From: Bacteroidales bacterium
Lineage (GTDB): Bacteria; Bacteroidota; Bacteroidia; Bacteroidales; F082
Assembly (NCBI GenBank): GCA_017461665.1
Contig: JAFTXI010000046.1
Span: 3,419-67,418 of the forward strand
DNA length: 64,000 nt
Direction of reading: 5' to 3'
Shown here: in pieces, positions 1-10,045 of the stretch
How positions within the stretch are numbered: the first letter of the stretch is position 1
Layout: the number at the start of each line of letters is the position of its first letter
Position numbers and translations under genes: made by a program
Notes under the pieces: model-generated
The model's input: the letters and a program-made list of their open reading frames with translations, nothing else
Told to the model about the DNA's origin: nothing
Database searches by the model: none

Positions 1-46
1 GACTTTAAAAAAAGGTCAGTCTTTTTGTTTATAAAATATTCATGTT

Positions 47-1519
47 ATGGAATTAAACATTTCTTATTGCTCCGACAAGTACCAATATACCATGGGAAAG
101 TCATTTTATGACAGCGGAATGAAAGATAAACGTGCCGTGTTCAACCTTTTCTATAGAAAAGCTCCCGACACAAACAACTGGGCTGTCGTCAGTGGAATCA
201 CTGAAGTGTTGGAAGTGATAAAAGGATTAAACTGCGGCGACGAACGTTTCTTTGAACAATTTCTTCCTGGCGATGAATACAAAGAAGTTCGTGAATATTT
301 CGCCAACATGAAATTCACCGGAAATGTTTACGCTATGCGTGAAGGTGAAATAGCGTTTCCAACACAACCGATAATCACAATTGAAGCTCCAATCATTGAA
401 GGCCAAGTACTTGAGACTCCTCTCCTTTCGATCATGAATCATCAGATGGCAGTAGCGACTAAAGCATCGCGTGTGACAAGAAGCACTTCAAAGCCTGTTA
501 GTGAGTTCGGTAGTCGTCGCGCTCATGGACCTTGGGCTGCTATCTATGGCGGAAAAGCAGCTTATATAGGTGGTTGCGCAAATAGTTCCAACATTGTTAC
601 AGGTGTAAAATTTGGATTTTCCCCTGCTGGAACAATGGCTCACAGCTATGTAACTTCTTTCGGTTGTAATATAAAAGGTGAATATGAGGCATTTGATACA
701 TATATTAAGACGCATAAATCAGAGACGCTCATTCTGTTGATTGACACATACGATACATTAAGATGCGGTATTAAAAACGCGATAAGGGCATTCAAAGACA
801 ATGGTATCGATGATAATTATCAAGGTGGATATGGCGTGAGATTGGATAGCGGCGATTTGACATATCTTTCAATAAAATGCAGAAAGATGCTCGATGAAGC
901 CGGTCTTAAGAATTGCAGGATATTTGCAACCAATGCATTAGATGAATATTTAATTACTGAGTTGGAACGTCAAGGTTGTCAGGTAGATTCGTATGGTGTC
1001 GGTGATGCAATAGCAACAAGCAAACATAATCCGTGTTTTGGCAATGTTTTTAAACTTGTTCAAATTGACGACAAACCTGTTTTGAAACGTTCCGAAGAAA
1101 CAACAAAACTCATAAATCCTGGATTTCAAATCACTTATAGAATCATACAAAACGACAAGTTTAAAGTAGATGTCACTTGTTTGCGCGGTGATGAGTTGTC
1201 AAAAGCTATTGAAGCCAAACAAACAATCACACTTCGCGACGAACGCGACAGATTCAAGTCGATGACTTTCAACGAAGGAAAATATGAGTTCAGAACCTTA
1301 CAACAACAGATTGTAAAAGATGGTGAGATTATCTATCAAGATAGAAGCATACAAGAAAAACAAGCATATTATAAAGATAATCTAACGCATCTCGATGATT
1401 CTCAAAAACGTCTGATAAATCCTCATTATTATAAATGTGACATTTCCGATGCTCTCTATGATTTGAAAAATTCTTTGATTGACAATTTGGTAAGAGAGAT
1501 AGAAGAAAGTCAAGAGTAA
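47..1519 (+). CDS. pncB: nicotinate phosphoribosyltransferase
   Basis: 490-aa ORF. Its length and its N-terminal and central sequence are typical of the long NAPRTase family (YQYTMG, AHGPWAA, GTMAHS-type segments). Confidence 0.85.
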   Translation: MELNISYCSDKYQYTMGKSFYDSGMKDKRAVFNLFYRKAPDTNNWAVVSGITEVLEVIKGLNCGDERFFEQFLPGDEYKEVREYFANMKFTGNVYAMREGEIAFPTQPIITIEAPIIEGQVLETPLLSIMNHQMAVATKASRVTRSTSKPVSEFGSRRAHGPWAAIYGGKAAYIGGCANSSNIVTGVKFGFSPAGTMAHSYVTSFGCNIKGEYEAFDTYIKTHKSETLILLIDTYDTLRCGIKNAIRAFKDNGIDDNYQGGYGVRLDSGDLTYLSIKCRKMLDEAGLKNCRIFATNALDEYLITELERQGCQVDSYGVGDAIATSKHNPCFGNVFKLVQIDDKPVLKRSEETTKLINPGFQITYRIIQNDKFKVDVTCLRGDELSKAIEAKQTITLRDERDRFKSMTFNEGKYEFRTLQQQIVKDGEIIYQDRSIQEKQAYYKDNLTHLDDSQKRLINPHYYKCDISDALYDLKNSLIDNLVREIEESQE

Positions 1520-1594
1520 TACTGAAGTGAATAAAAAATAAAGTGTGTCTTTCACAATATTTAAGACAAACTTTTTCTTTTAAAATAATCTTAT

Positions 1595-2113
1595 TCAGAA
1601 GAATGATACGATAATATCTTTAATTACCACAAAACCAACAATTATAGAGTAAACTACCTTTAGCAGAGTTCCAGCCACGAAACCTACGAATGAGCCGAAG
1701 GCAGAACGCCATGCGAGTCTGTCGTCAACTCCACTCATCTTCTCCCCTATGTATGCACCAATAAAAGGACCGGTAAGTATTCCAACAAGACCTAAAGGTC
1801 CAATTACAATTCCTAAAATAGGCAATACGACAACACCTATTACGAGACCTATTGTACTTCCCCTAACTCCAGCTTTGGTTCCTCCGAACTTCTTAGTTCC
1901 CCATATTGGTACAAAATAGTCGATAATTGTTATCGCAATACATATAATTCCATAGATGACAAGTGTCTCATTTGGATAGGAAATGTCAGTAAAAAAATGA
2001 ATTAATAACATCGCTACGTAACTAATCGGTACGCCAGGTAATCCAGGGACTACGTCACCAACGATTCCAATAATAATGAAAATCGCTGCTAATAAATAAA
2101 TTAAATATTCCAT
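1595..2113 (-). CDS. DUF456 family membrane protein
   Basis: 172-aa polytopic hydrophobic ORF with a GTKKFGGTKAG loop, characteristic of DUF456. Confidence 0.7.
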   Translation of the reverse strand: MEYLIYLLAAIFIIIGIVGDVVPGLPGVPISYVAMLLIHFFTDISYPNETLVIYGIICIAITIIDYFVPIWGTKKFGGTKAGVRGSTIGLVIGVVVLPILGIVIGPLGLVGILTGPFIGAYIGEKMSGVDDRLAWRSAFGSFVGFVAGTLLKVVYSIIVGFVVIKDIIVSFF

Positions 2114-2215
2114 AATACTTGTTTTATTACTTCCTAATAAATTTTAACATACTACCTAATAATTTTTAACTACGACAAAGATACATTTTATTTCAAAGCA
2201 TTGAATATTTTTTTC

Positions 2216-2223
2216 TACTTTTG
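2216..2223 (+). promoter_or_regulatory. Bacteroidetes -7 promoter motif (tacttttg = TAnnTTTG)
   Basis: Exact TAnnTTTG match 27 nt upstream of the ATG at 2250. Confidence 0.4.
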
Positions 2224-2249
2224 CTGCGAAACCTTTAACCAAAAATGTT

Positions 2250-3083
2250 ATGAAACGAATATTGCAAACAGGCATTTTCTTATTTATCTTTATTCCAGAC
2301 ATTCTTGCATGGGAGATTGGAACTCCTATAGGCAGCAAGACGAACTCCATTGGAAATTGTTCTGTAGCCTTGAACGAGTATTGGTCATGTCATAATAACC
2401 CCGCAGGTTTTGCAAATTACGAGTATTTTGCTGTTGGATTGTCTTACGAGAATAAATATCTTTTAAAAGAACTTGCTTATAAAAATATATCAGTGATATT
2501 TCCTTTTAACTTAGGAACATTGAGCCTAACAGCATCTCAATTTGGTTATGAGCATTATAATGAAAATCTATTAGGCATAGCATTATCAAAAAGTTTTGGA
2601 AATAATCTTAGAATAGGACTCAAACTCGACTACATTTATTTTAAATACTCTACAGATTATGAAAAGAAACAGACAGCAACTTTTGAAATTGGTATGCAAT
2701 ATCAAATCAATGAGTCGTTGTGTTTGGGAGCTTATATGTTTAATCCTATCAATGTTAAGTTAAGGACACTTAACAATGAGAAGATTCCAATAATAATGCG
2801 AATAGGTCTTTCTTATTTCATAAATGATGACTTTATGTTAACAGCCGAAATAGAGGAAGATTTCGAGAATAACTTCTCCTATCGATTCGGTTTGGAATAT
2901 GAGATTTATAAAAGAATATTCGTCAGAAGCGGATTTCAGTTAAGACCGGAAATCTTTACTTTTGGATTTGGCTATGATTACAACTGGTTTACAATTGATA
3001 TTTCGGCTCAGATGAGTAAGGATTTAGGTTCTTCACTGAGTTGTAGTTTTATTTATAAAATCAAAGATATTGTTAAGCGGTGA
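2250..3083 (+). CDS. outer-membrane beta-barrel-like protein of unknown function (PorQ/PorV-like at best)
   Basis: N-terminal signal-like segment. Alternating aromatic/hydrophilic beta-strand pattern, with aromatic-rich beta-strand-like sequence near the C-terminus. The stop overlaps the next gene. Confidence 0.5.
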   Translation: MKRILQTGIFLFIFIPDILAWEIGTPIGSKTNSIGNCSVALNEYWSCHNNPAGFANYEYFAVGLSYENKYLLKELAYKNISVIFPFNLGTLSLTASQFGYEHYNENLLGIALSKSFGNNLRIGLKLDYIYFKYSTDYEKKQTATFEIGMQYQINESLCLGAYMFNPINVKLRTLNNEKIPIIMRIGLSYFINDDFMLTAEIEEDFENNFSYRFGLEYEIYKRIFVRSGFQLRPEIFTFGFGYDYNWFTIDISAQMSKDLGSSLSCSFIYKIKDIVKR

Positions 3084-3097
3084 TGGAGGATGATATT

Positions 3098-5188
3098 ATG
3101 AGTAAATATATTGTTTTATTGTTGCTAACTTTTTCATCTGTTTATTCATATACGCAAATAAACAATGACTTGATTATTGAGCAGATTGAAAGAATGACGG
3201 AAGGTAGTGAGGACGAATATAATGACTATTCTGAATTAGTAGAAACTTATTGGAGTTTAACAGAAAACCCTATCAACGTTAACAGTGACGATATTGATCA
3301 ACTTGCAGAGTTTAAATTCATATCGATTTATCAGTTGGAGAGCATAAAAAACTATAGAAGAAATTACGGCAATTTTCAATTTGTTGAAGAATTGTCGGAA
3401 GTTGAAGGTTTAGATGATTTGAGTATAGAAATGATTAAACCTTTAATTAGTTTTGAAAAAAATACAAAGTATGATTTTAAGTTCAGTGACATTTTAAAAT
3501 ATGGTAGGAATAAAATGTTAATGGAGGTAAATCAATGTCTCAATAAGAAAAAAGGATATATTGATGTTGATGATTCTCTGTTAGTACAAAAGCCTAATTC
3601 TATTTATTTAGGCAGTCCACAGAAACTATATCTGAGATACAATTATTCATTCAGAAACAATATAGAAGCAGGTTTCGTAATGGAAAAAGATCCTGGAGAA
3701 TATTTGTTTAAGAATGATATTCCGGACACCCTTAGGCGATTGATAGGTGATAAATACTATAAAGGTTTTGATTTCTACTCTATTCATATATTCATAAAAA
3801 ATTTAAGTTTTTTGGAAGCCCTTGCCATTGGAGATTATAAAATCTCCTTTGGTCAAGGACTGACAATGGGTTCGGGAATGGCATTTATATCAAGAGGAGG
3901 AACCCTAATGAGAAGAAGTAAGAAAATAACACCAAGCAAATCGGCGAACGAAGCCTATTATCTCAGAGGTGTTGCCGCGACTTTAAAATATTTGAATCTT
4001 GAGTTAAGCATCTTTTACTCAAATAAAAACTCTGACGCCAATGTCTTAACCTACGACTCATTAAGTGAAACACCAATAGAAATAAGAAGTTTGCAGCAGA
4101 CGGGACTACACAGAACTTACAACGAATTGATATGCAGGAAGACAATCAACCAGCAATTGTATGGTTTGAATATGAGTTATAGAATCTCAAATTTTCAATT
4201 GGGATATACAATTCATCAAACAAGATTAAGTGCCGAATTAAATCCAGTTAGCAACGTATATAATACTTTTAATTTTAGAGGTAAGTCGTTGTTAAATCAA
4301 GGCTTAGATTTTTATTATATTTTAAGAAAGATGTTTCTGTATGGAGAAATAGCGATGAGTGATAACAGAGGTTTGGCAGGATTGATAGGATTCAGCTTTC
4401 AACCGGCAGGTTATATAGATTTTACAATCTTATATCGCAATTATGCGAAGGACTATCAATGTCTCTATAGCAATGCTTTTTCTTCAGGAAGCAATACTCG
4501 GAATGAAGAAGGCGTATATTTTAGCATGGCAGCGTCCATAGCTCCACAATGGAAGTTTATCACAAGTGTTGATTTCTTGAAAAACGATTGGTTGAAAAAT
4601 ACCGCGTATGCTCCAAGTCATGGATGTGAATTTGATTCTCAACTGAATTATCAGCCAAACAACAACACACTCATGTTCATTGAGTACAGAAATTATGATA
4701 AAATGAAAAACGCGTCAGATGCTAATGTTTATCAAAAATACTTGGTACATGAAAGAAGCAATATGTTTAGGTTACATGTAAGTTACACCATAAATGATTA
4801 TCTAACACTTAAGAATCGCGTGGAATATCATTTCAAAAATCAAGAAAATGAAAAATACGATTCGTATCTAATATATCAAGACGTTCAATATAAAAAAGAC
4901 GATAAGCCATACAGTTTTGCGTTCAGATATGAAATCTTCGATTCTGAAAAAGGCAGTGTTTATACTTACGAGAGTGATGTTCTCTATGCATTTGCGGTAA
5001 GCGGTTTGTCGGGAAAAGGAATCAGGACTTACCTTGTTGGGAAGGTGGAATTGTTTAAGCATATTCAAATTTCCGGTAAGATAGGATTTACATTTTATGA
5101 CGACAAAAATATGATAGGAAGTGGTTTGGAAACAATTGAAAAGTCTTGGAGATCGGACGCGAAATTACAGATTATTTGGTCATTTTAG
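3098..5188 (+). CDS. helix-hairpin-helix (ComEA-like) domain protein with a large C-terminal beta-barrel-like region
   Basis: Signal peptide MSKYIVLLLLTFSSVYSYTQ. An N-terminal HhH-like segment is followed by about 550 aa of Y/F-rich beta-strand pattern ending in a terminal F. Alternative starts at 3080 and 3083 are possible. Confidence 0.55.
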   Translation: MSKYIVLLLLTFSSVYSYTQINNDLIIEQIERMTEGSEDEYNDYSELVETYWSLTENPINVNSDDIDQLAEFKFISIYQLESIKNYRRNYGNFQFVEELSEVEGLDDLSIEMIKPLISFEKNTKYDFKFSDILKYGRNKMLMEVNQCLNKKKGYIDVDDSLLVQKPNSIYLGSPQKLYLRYNYSFRNNIEAGFVMEKDPGEYLFKNDIPDTLRRLIGDKYYKGFDFYSIHIFIKNLSFLEALAIGDYKISFGQGLTMGSGMAFISRGGTLMRRSKKITPSKSANEAYYLRGVAATLKYLNLELSIFYSNKNSDANVLTYDSLSETPIEIRSLQQTGLHRTYNELICRKTINQQLYGLNMSYRISNFQLGYTIHQTRLSAELNPVSNVYNTFNFRGKSLLNQGLDFYYILRKMFLYGEIAMSDNRGLAGLIGFSFQPAGYIDFTILYRNYAKDYQCLYSNAFSSGSNTRNEEGVYFSMAASIAPQWKFITSVDFLKNDWLKNTAYAPSHGCEFDSQLNYQPNNNTLMFIEYRNYDKMKNASDANVYQKYLVHERSNMFRLHVSYTINDYLTLKNRVEYHFKNQENEKYDSYLIYQDVQYKKDDKPYSFAFRYEIFDSEKGSVYTYESDVLYAFAVSGLSGKGIRTYLVGKVELFKHIQISGKIGFTFYDDKNMIGSGLETIEKSWRSDAKLQIIWSF

Positions 5189-5271
5189 AGATGTATTTTA
5201 TTATTGCAATATTTTATTGAAAAAAGAGTTCTTTGTATCATGACAACAAGTATTATTTCAGAAAAAAATTT

Positions 5272-5279
5272 TATCTTTG
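5272..5279 (+). promoter_or_regulatory. -7 promoter motif (tatctttg)
   Basis: TAnnTTTG match 28 nt upstream of the ATG at 5307. Confidence 0.45.
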
Positions 5280-5306
5280 TAAAATCAATTTAAATCAGTA
5301 ATAATT

Positions 5307-6158
5307 ATGGAATACACACAACAATCGAACAATCGAAACAACAATGAATTGAAAAGATACACGCCAATTATTGTGGTGGTTGGTATCGTATTTTTATTAA
5401 TAGTATTTTGGGGTAGAATAACCAAGACAATTCCAGCAGGTCATGGTGGCGTTTTGTTCCGTTTATTTGGAGGTGGTGTTGATACTTCGAGAACTTACGA
5501 AGAAGGTTTCCACTTCATAGCACCATGGAATACCATGTATGTTTATGAAACACGTCAACAAGAAACATCGGAGGAAATGAGTGCTTTGTCGTCTAACGGT
5601 TTGGAAATTAAGATAGAATTCTCGACATGGTATCAACCTAAATGGGAAGACTTAGGCGAACTTCACGCTCAAATTGGTTCTCAGTATTTATCAAGAGTTG
5701 TTATCCCAGCGATGCGTTCTGCTGCAAGAAGCGTTGTCGGTCGTTATACTCCGGAACAGATTTATTCAACAAAACGCGATGCTATCCAAGAGGAAATCTT
5801 CGTCGAGACAAAGAAACTTTTAGATGAGAAATACGTACAGTTGAATCAGGTTCTCATTCGTTCCGTGACCTTACCTCCAACCATCAAGTCTGCTATCGAA
5901 AGCAAGTTGAAACAAGAACAAGAAGCTTTAGAATACGAATTTAAACTTGATAAAGCAGCTCAAGAAGCAGAACGTCAACGCGTTGAAGCTGAAGGTAAAG
6001 CTAAGGCTAACAGCATCGTAAGTGCAAGTATCACAGATAAGATTCTTAGAGACAAAGGTATAGAAGCAACATTGAAGTTAGCTGAATCACCAAATTCAAA
6101 AGTCGTTATTATTGGCGGTAACGACGGAATGCCAATCATTTTAGGCGACGTAAAATAA
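5307..6158 (+). CDS. SPFH/Band 7 (prohibitin/HflC-like) membrane protein
   Basis: N-terminal TM helix, an SPFH core, then an E/A/K-rich coiled coil ([15 protein letters not shown]). Confidence 0.85.
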   Translation: MEYTQQSNNRNNNELKRYTPIIVVVGIVFLLIVFWGRITKTIPAGHGGVLFRLFGGGVDTSRTYEEGFHFIAPWNTMYVYETRQQETSEEMSALSSNGLEIKIEFSTWYQPKWEDLGELHAQIGSQYLSRVVIPAMRSAARSVVGRYTPEQIYSTKRDAIQEEIFVETKKLLDEKYVQLNQVLIRSVTLPPTIKSAIESKLKQEQEALEYEFKLDKAAQEAERQRVEAEGKAKANSIVSASITDKILRDKGIEATLKLAESPNSKVVIIGGNDGMPIILGDVK

Positions 6159-6166
6159 AAAAACTA

Positions 6167-6200
6167 TTGGGGACAAAAACAAAATTTGTCCCCAACTTTT
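6167..6200 (+). terminator. rho-independent terminator
   Basis: Stem ggggacaaa (6169-6177) pairs with tttgtcccc (6185-6193), followed by a T-rich tail. Confidence 0.6.
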
Positions 6201-6219
6201 AAAGTGGAAAGTAAAGATT

Positions 6220-6690
6220 ATGGCGAAGGAAAAAACACAAAATAAAATCCACATCAGAAACAAAAGAGTGTCTTTTGAATATTTTGTCATCGACTCATAT
6301 ATGGCAGGTATTGTATTGACAGGCACAGAGATAAAAAGTATCAGAGAAGGAAAAGCAAGTCTTGCAGACTCATATTGTACTTTTAAAAATGGTGAACTAT
6401 TCGTTGTCGGCATGCACATCGCAGAATATTCACTCGGAACATACAACAACCACGATCCAAAACGCGAAAGGAAACTACTTCTTACTCGAAGAGAACTTAA
6501 CAAACTGAAAACCAAATCTAACGAAAAAGGTTTTACTATCGTACCAACAGATTTGTTTATCAACGACAAAGGCTTGGCAAAGGTCAATATTGCTTTGGCA
6601 AAAGGTAAACATTTCTACGATAAACGCGACACACTTAAAGACAAAGACAATAAGAAAGAAATTGAAAGAGCTAAATATAAATATGAATAG
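6220..6690 (+). CDS. smpB: SsrA-binding protein SmpB
   Basis: 156 aa. Canonical SmpB sequence ([35 protein letters not shown]) and a basic C-terminal tail. Confidence 0.93.
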   Translation: MAKEKTQNKIHIRNKRVSFEYFVIDSYMAGIVLTGTEIKSIREGKASLADSYCTFKNGELFVVGMHIAEYSLGTYNNHDPKRERKLLLTRRELNKLKTKSNEKGFTIVPTDLFINDKGLAKVNIALAKGKHFYDKRDTLKDKDNKKEIERAKYKYE

Positions 6691-6691
6691 T

Positions 6692-7222
6692 ATGAAAAGA
6701 ATAAGTTTAATAATGATATTTGTAGGTTTTATTCTTGCCTACAATTGCAACGCACAAGAAAAATCCAACAAAATCAATTGGATGACATTTGAAGAAGCTG
6801 TCAAGCTAAACGAAACACAACCAAAAAAGATTTTTATCGATGTTTATACCGATTGGTGTGGATGGTGTAAAAAAATGGATCAAACTACATTTATTGATAA
6901 AGATGTTGTTGAATATATGAATGAAAACTACTATGCAGTGAAATTTGATGCAGAACAGTCAGATAGCGTTGTATTTATGGGACATACCTTTATAAATCCA
7001 AATCCAATGGGAGCAAGAAAAGGAACGCATCAATTGGCAGCAGCATTGCTTCAAGGTAAGATGTCATATCCATCATACGTATTTATGAATGAGAAAAATC
7101 AGGTTTTGACAGTAGTGCCAGGTTATGCCGAAGCAAAAGATTTTCTTCCTATCTTGAAATATTTTGGTTCTGATTCATATCTCAATATTAAATGGGAGGA
7201 CTACCTTAATAGCACAAAATAA
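6692..7222 (+). CDS. secreted thioredoxin-fold protein (DUF255/thioredoxin-like)
   Basis: Signal peptide MKRISLIMIFVGFILAYNCNA and CxxC motif WCGWCK. The track ORF start at 6590 overlaps smpB, so the ATG at 6692 (or 6683) is preferred. Confidence 0.75.
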   Translation: MKRISLIMIFVGFILAYNCNAQEKSNKINWMTFEEAVKLNETQPKKIFIDVYTDWCGWCKKMDQTTFIDKDVVEYMNENYYAVKFDAEQSDSVVFMGHTFINPNPMGARKGTHQLAAALLQGKMSYPSYVFMNEKNQVLTVVPGYAEAKDFLPILKYFGSDSYLNIKWEDYLNSTK

Positions 7223-7249
7223 TTAAATTAGAATTACTTACAACAAAAT

Positions 7250-8734
7250 ATGATTATGCGTAAATACTCTTGGATCGTAATCTTAGTACTCTTGTCGGTT
7301 TTTGCTTCATGCAGAAAAGATCCTAAGTTCAGCGACGATAATTCACTCAAAGTCACATTTTCATTAGACACAATCACTTTCGACACTGTTTTTACAACGA
7401 TAGGTTCTTCTACTCGTCATCTTATGATTTACAATAATAATGATGAAAATGTTAAAATCAATTCGTTAAGATTGGAAGGTGGCAATCAGTCGCAGTTCGC
7501 TATCAATGTTGATGGAGTATCGGGATACGATTTCTCTGATGTAGAGATTTACGCAAAAGACAGTATTTATGTTTTCATTAGGGTGACAATCAATCCTAAT
7601 GATCAGAACACTCCTTTCTTCGTTGAAGACAGACTGCTTTTAGATGTCAATGGAAATAATCAACACGTCAATTTAACTGCGTACGGACAAAATGCGAATT
7701 ATATAATTGCAGACCAGCAAATTGGTGGTTTTCCAAAATTTAAGATAATAGCGGATAGTCTTCAGGAAGTTCATTGGACATCAGAGAGACCTTACGTTGT
7801 ATATGGATATGCTTTGATTAACTCTTACGGAACTCTTGTTATTGAAGAAGGTACACAGGTTCATTTTCACGATGGTAGCGGGTTATGGGCATATAGCGAA
7901 GGTCAACTCCGTGTTGAAGGAACTCCAGCTAATCCTGTAGTGTTTCAAGGTGATAGATTGGAAGATTACTACGATAATCAGCCTGGACAATGGGATAGAA
8001 TATGGTTAATGGAAGCTCGTGAAGGTTTTGGTCATACTATCAATAATGCAATTATAAAGAATGGTTTTATTGGTATTCAGGCTCAGCGTTTCCTAAAAGA
8101 CAACATGGCTCCTCTGTGTATTCATAATACCAAGATAGACAATCATACCGGTATGGGAATATATTGCAATCTCTACAATGTTAGCGCCTCCAATTTCGTG
8201 ATTTCTAACTGCGGAAATTATGCGGCTGCATTGACAGGTGGAGGAGAGTATGTTTTCACTCAAGGAACAATTGCCAATTATTGGAACAAATCGACAAGAA
8301 GTACACCTTCTTTATTGTTTAATAATGTTTATCAAAATCCTACAGATGGTTATGCATACGCTTATAACTTCTTCTTTGAAATGAATAATTGCATAGTATA
8401 TGGCAATCGTGAAGATGAGTTTTCAACAGATTTCTATCCTGGACCTGATACGACATACATATTCAATAATACTCTTTTGAAGACATTAAGAAAAAATGGA
8501 GAAACCTTTGTGAACTTCGACGCTTGTCTTTTCAATCAAGATCCTAAGTTTGTTAATAAAGAATTTGATTATCATCTTGATACATTGTCTCCTGCAATAG
8601 GATTAGGCAGACCATCTTATTCAACAGGAATTTTACAATACGATTTAGATGGAGTTGACAGAGGAAACAGACCAGATGCTGGTGCATATCAGTTTGTTCC
8701 TAATGGTAGAATAGTCAACGGATATATAAATTAA
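7250..8734 (+). CDS. lipoprotein, probable right-handed beta-helix repeat protein, unknown function
   Basis: Lipobox VFASC. The G/N-rich repetitive strand pattern in the C-terminal half is typical of parallel beta-helix proteins. Confidence 0.45.
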   Translation: MIMRKYSWIVILVLLSVFASCRKDPKFSDDNSLKVTFSLDTITFDTVFTTIGSSTRHLMIYNNNDENVKINSLRLEGGNQSQFAINVDGVSGYDFSDVEIYAKDSIYVFIRVTINPNDQNTPFFVEDRLLLDVNGNNQHVNLTAYGQNANYIIADQQIGGFPKFKIIADSLQEVHWTSERPYVVYGYALINSYGTLVIEEGTQVHFHDGSGLWAYSEGQLRVEGTPANPVVFQGDRLEDYYDNQPGQWDRIWLMEAREGFGHTINNAIIKNGFIGIQAQRFLKDNMAPLCIHNTKIDNHTGMGIYCNLYNVSASNFVISNCGNYAAALTGGGEYVFTQGTIANYWNKSTRSTPSLLFNNVYQNPTDGYAYAYNFFFEMNNCIVYGNREDEFSTDFYPGPDTTYIFNNTLLKTLRKNGETFVNFDACLFNQDPKFVNKEFDYHLDTLSPAIGLGRPSYSTGILQYDLDGVDRGNRPDAGAYQFVPNGRIVNGYIN

Positions 8735-10017
8735 TATCCGTATTTCTCTTTCCATTTGTTTCTTAATGAGCTTCTCATCTCACGTTCGCGAGGATTATCT
8801 TGAGGATCATAGAATTTTGTTCCTGAGATTTCTTGAGGGAGAAACTCTTGTTCGACGAAGTTTCCTTCGTAACTATGTGCATATTTGTATCCGTCGCTAT
8901 AACCGATGTCTTTCATTAGTTTGGTTGGAGCATTACGCAGATGCATTGGCACGCTGAGGTTACCTGTCTTTCTCACAACTTCCTGAGCATCGTTTATCGC
9001 CATATAAGAAGCGTTACTCTTAGGTGATGAGGCGAGATAAATGGCAGTCTGAGAAAGAATTATCCTACTTTCCGGAAATCCTATCTTATTCACAGCATCG
9101 AAGCAAGTATTGGCAAGAAGTAAAGCGTTAGGATTAGCATTTCCAATATCTTCTGAGGCGAGTATCAGCATACGACGCGCTATGAAGAGAGGGTCTTCGC
9201 CAGCTTCTATCATACGAGCCAAATAATAAACAGCAGCGTTGGGGTCAGAGCCACGCATCGACTTGATAAAAGCAGAGATAATGTCGTAGTGCATCTCTCC
9301 TAACCTATCATAATTCAATAGATTACTCTGAATATATTGTGTAGTGATGTCATTAGTTATTATCAATTCTTCCTTATTAGGATTAGCCTCGTCGAGCATT
9401 CCAACGACTAAATCTATCGCGTTAAGAAGTTTACGGGCATCGCCTCCACTGATGTGCATAAGTGCCTCTTTCTCTTTGAGAACTATCTTCTTACCACAGT
9501 CTTTCTCTAAGATAGGAATGGCGTTGTCTAACAATCTATCTAAATCTTTTTTCTCTAATGACTTAAGGACATAGACCTGACATCTTGAAAGCAATGGTGA
9601 GATGACTTCAAAACTCGGGTTTTCGGTGGTCGCACCTATTAATATTACTAGACCTTTTTCAACGGCGTTGAGCAGAGAATCTTGCTGCGACTTGCTAAAA
9701 CGATGAATTTCATCAATGAAGAGAATCGGCGTGTCGGGAGCCATACGCGCTCTGTCGAAAACTTCCCTTACGTCTTTGACACCACTGCTTATAGCACTCA
9801 GTACATAAAACTGGCGTTTTACCTGTTTGGAAATGATAGACGCAAGAGTCGTCTTTCCCACACCTGGAGGTCCCCAAAAAATCATGGAGTGGACTCTCCC
9901 ACTCTCAATGGCTCTTCTTAGCACAGCATTTTCCCCGACAAGATGTTCCTGCCCGATATATTGGTCCAAAGATGTAGGACGCAAACGTTCCGCCAAAGGC
10001 ACCGATTGAAATTTCAT
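8731..10017 (-). CDS. rarA: replication-associated recombination protein A (AAA ATPase RarA/MgsA)
   Basis: Walker A GPPGVGKTT, Walker B ILFIDEIHR, and a MgsA C-terminal domain. The ATG at 10017 (MKFQSVPLAERLRP) is preferred over 10056, which would overlap the upstream gene. Confidence 0.9.
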   Translation of the reverse strand: MKFQSVPLAERLRPTSLDQYIGQEHLVGENAVLRRAIESGRVHSMIFWGPPGVGKTTLASIISKQVKRQFYVLSAISSGVKDVREVFDRARMAPDTPILFIDEIHRFSKSQQDSLLNAVEKGLVILIGATTENPSFEVISPLLSRCQVYVLKSLEKKDLDRLLDNAIPILEKDCGKKIVLKEKEALMHISGGDARKLLNAIDLVVGMLDEANPNKEELIITNDITTQYIQSNLLNYDRLGEMHYDIISAFIKSMRGSDPNAAVYYLARMIEAGEDPLFIARRMLILASEDIGNANPNALLLANTCFDAVNKIGFPESRIILSQTAIYLASSPKSNASYMAINDAQEVVRKTGNLSVPMHLRNAPTKLMKDIGYSDGYKYAHSYEGNFVEQEFLPQEISGTKFYDPQDNPREREMRSSLRNKWKEKYGY

Positions 10018-10045
10018 TTTATCGATTTTTATATAAATAATGTTG

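Noticed and set aside
6141-6587. 148-aa minus-strand ORF overlapping smpB
   Set aside because: It is a shadow ORF antisense to the unmistakable SmpB CDS. It also spans the upstream terminator hairpin.
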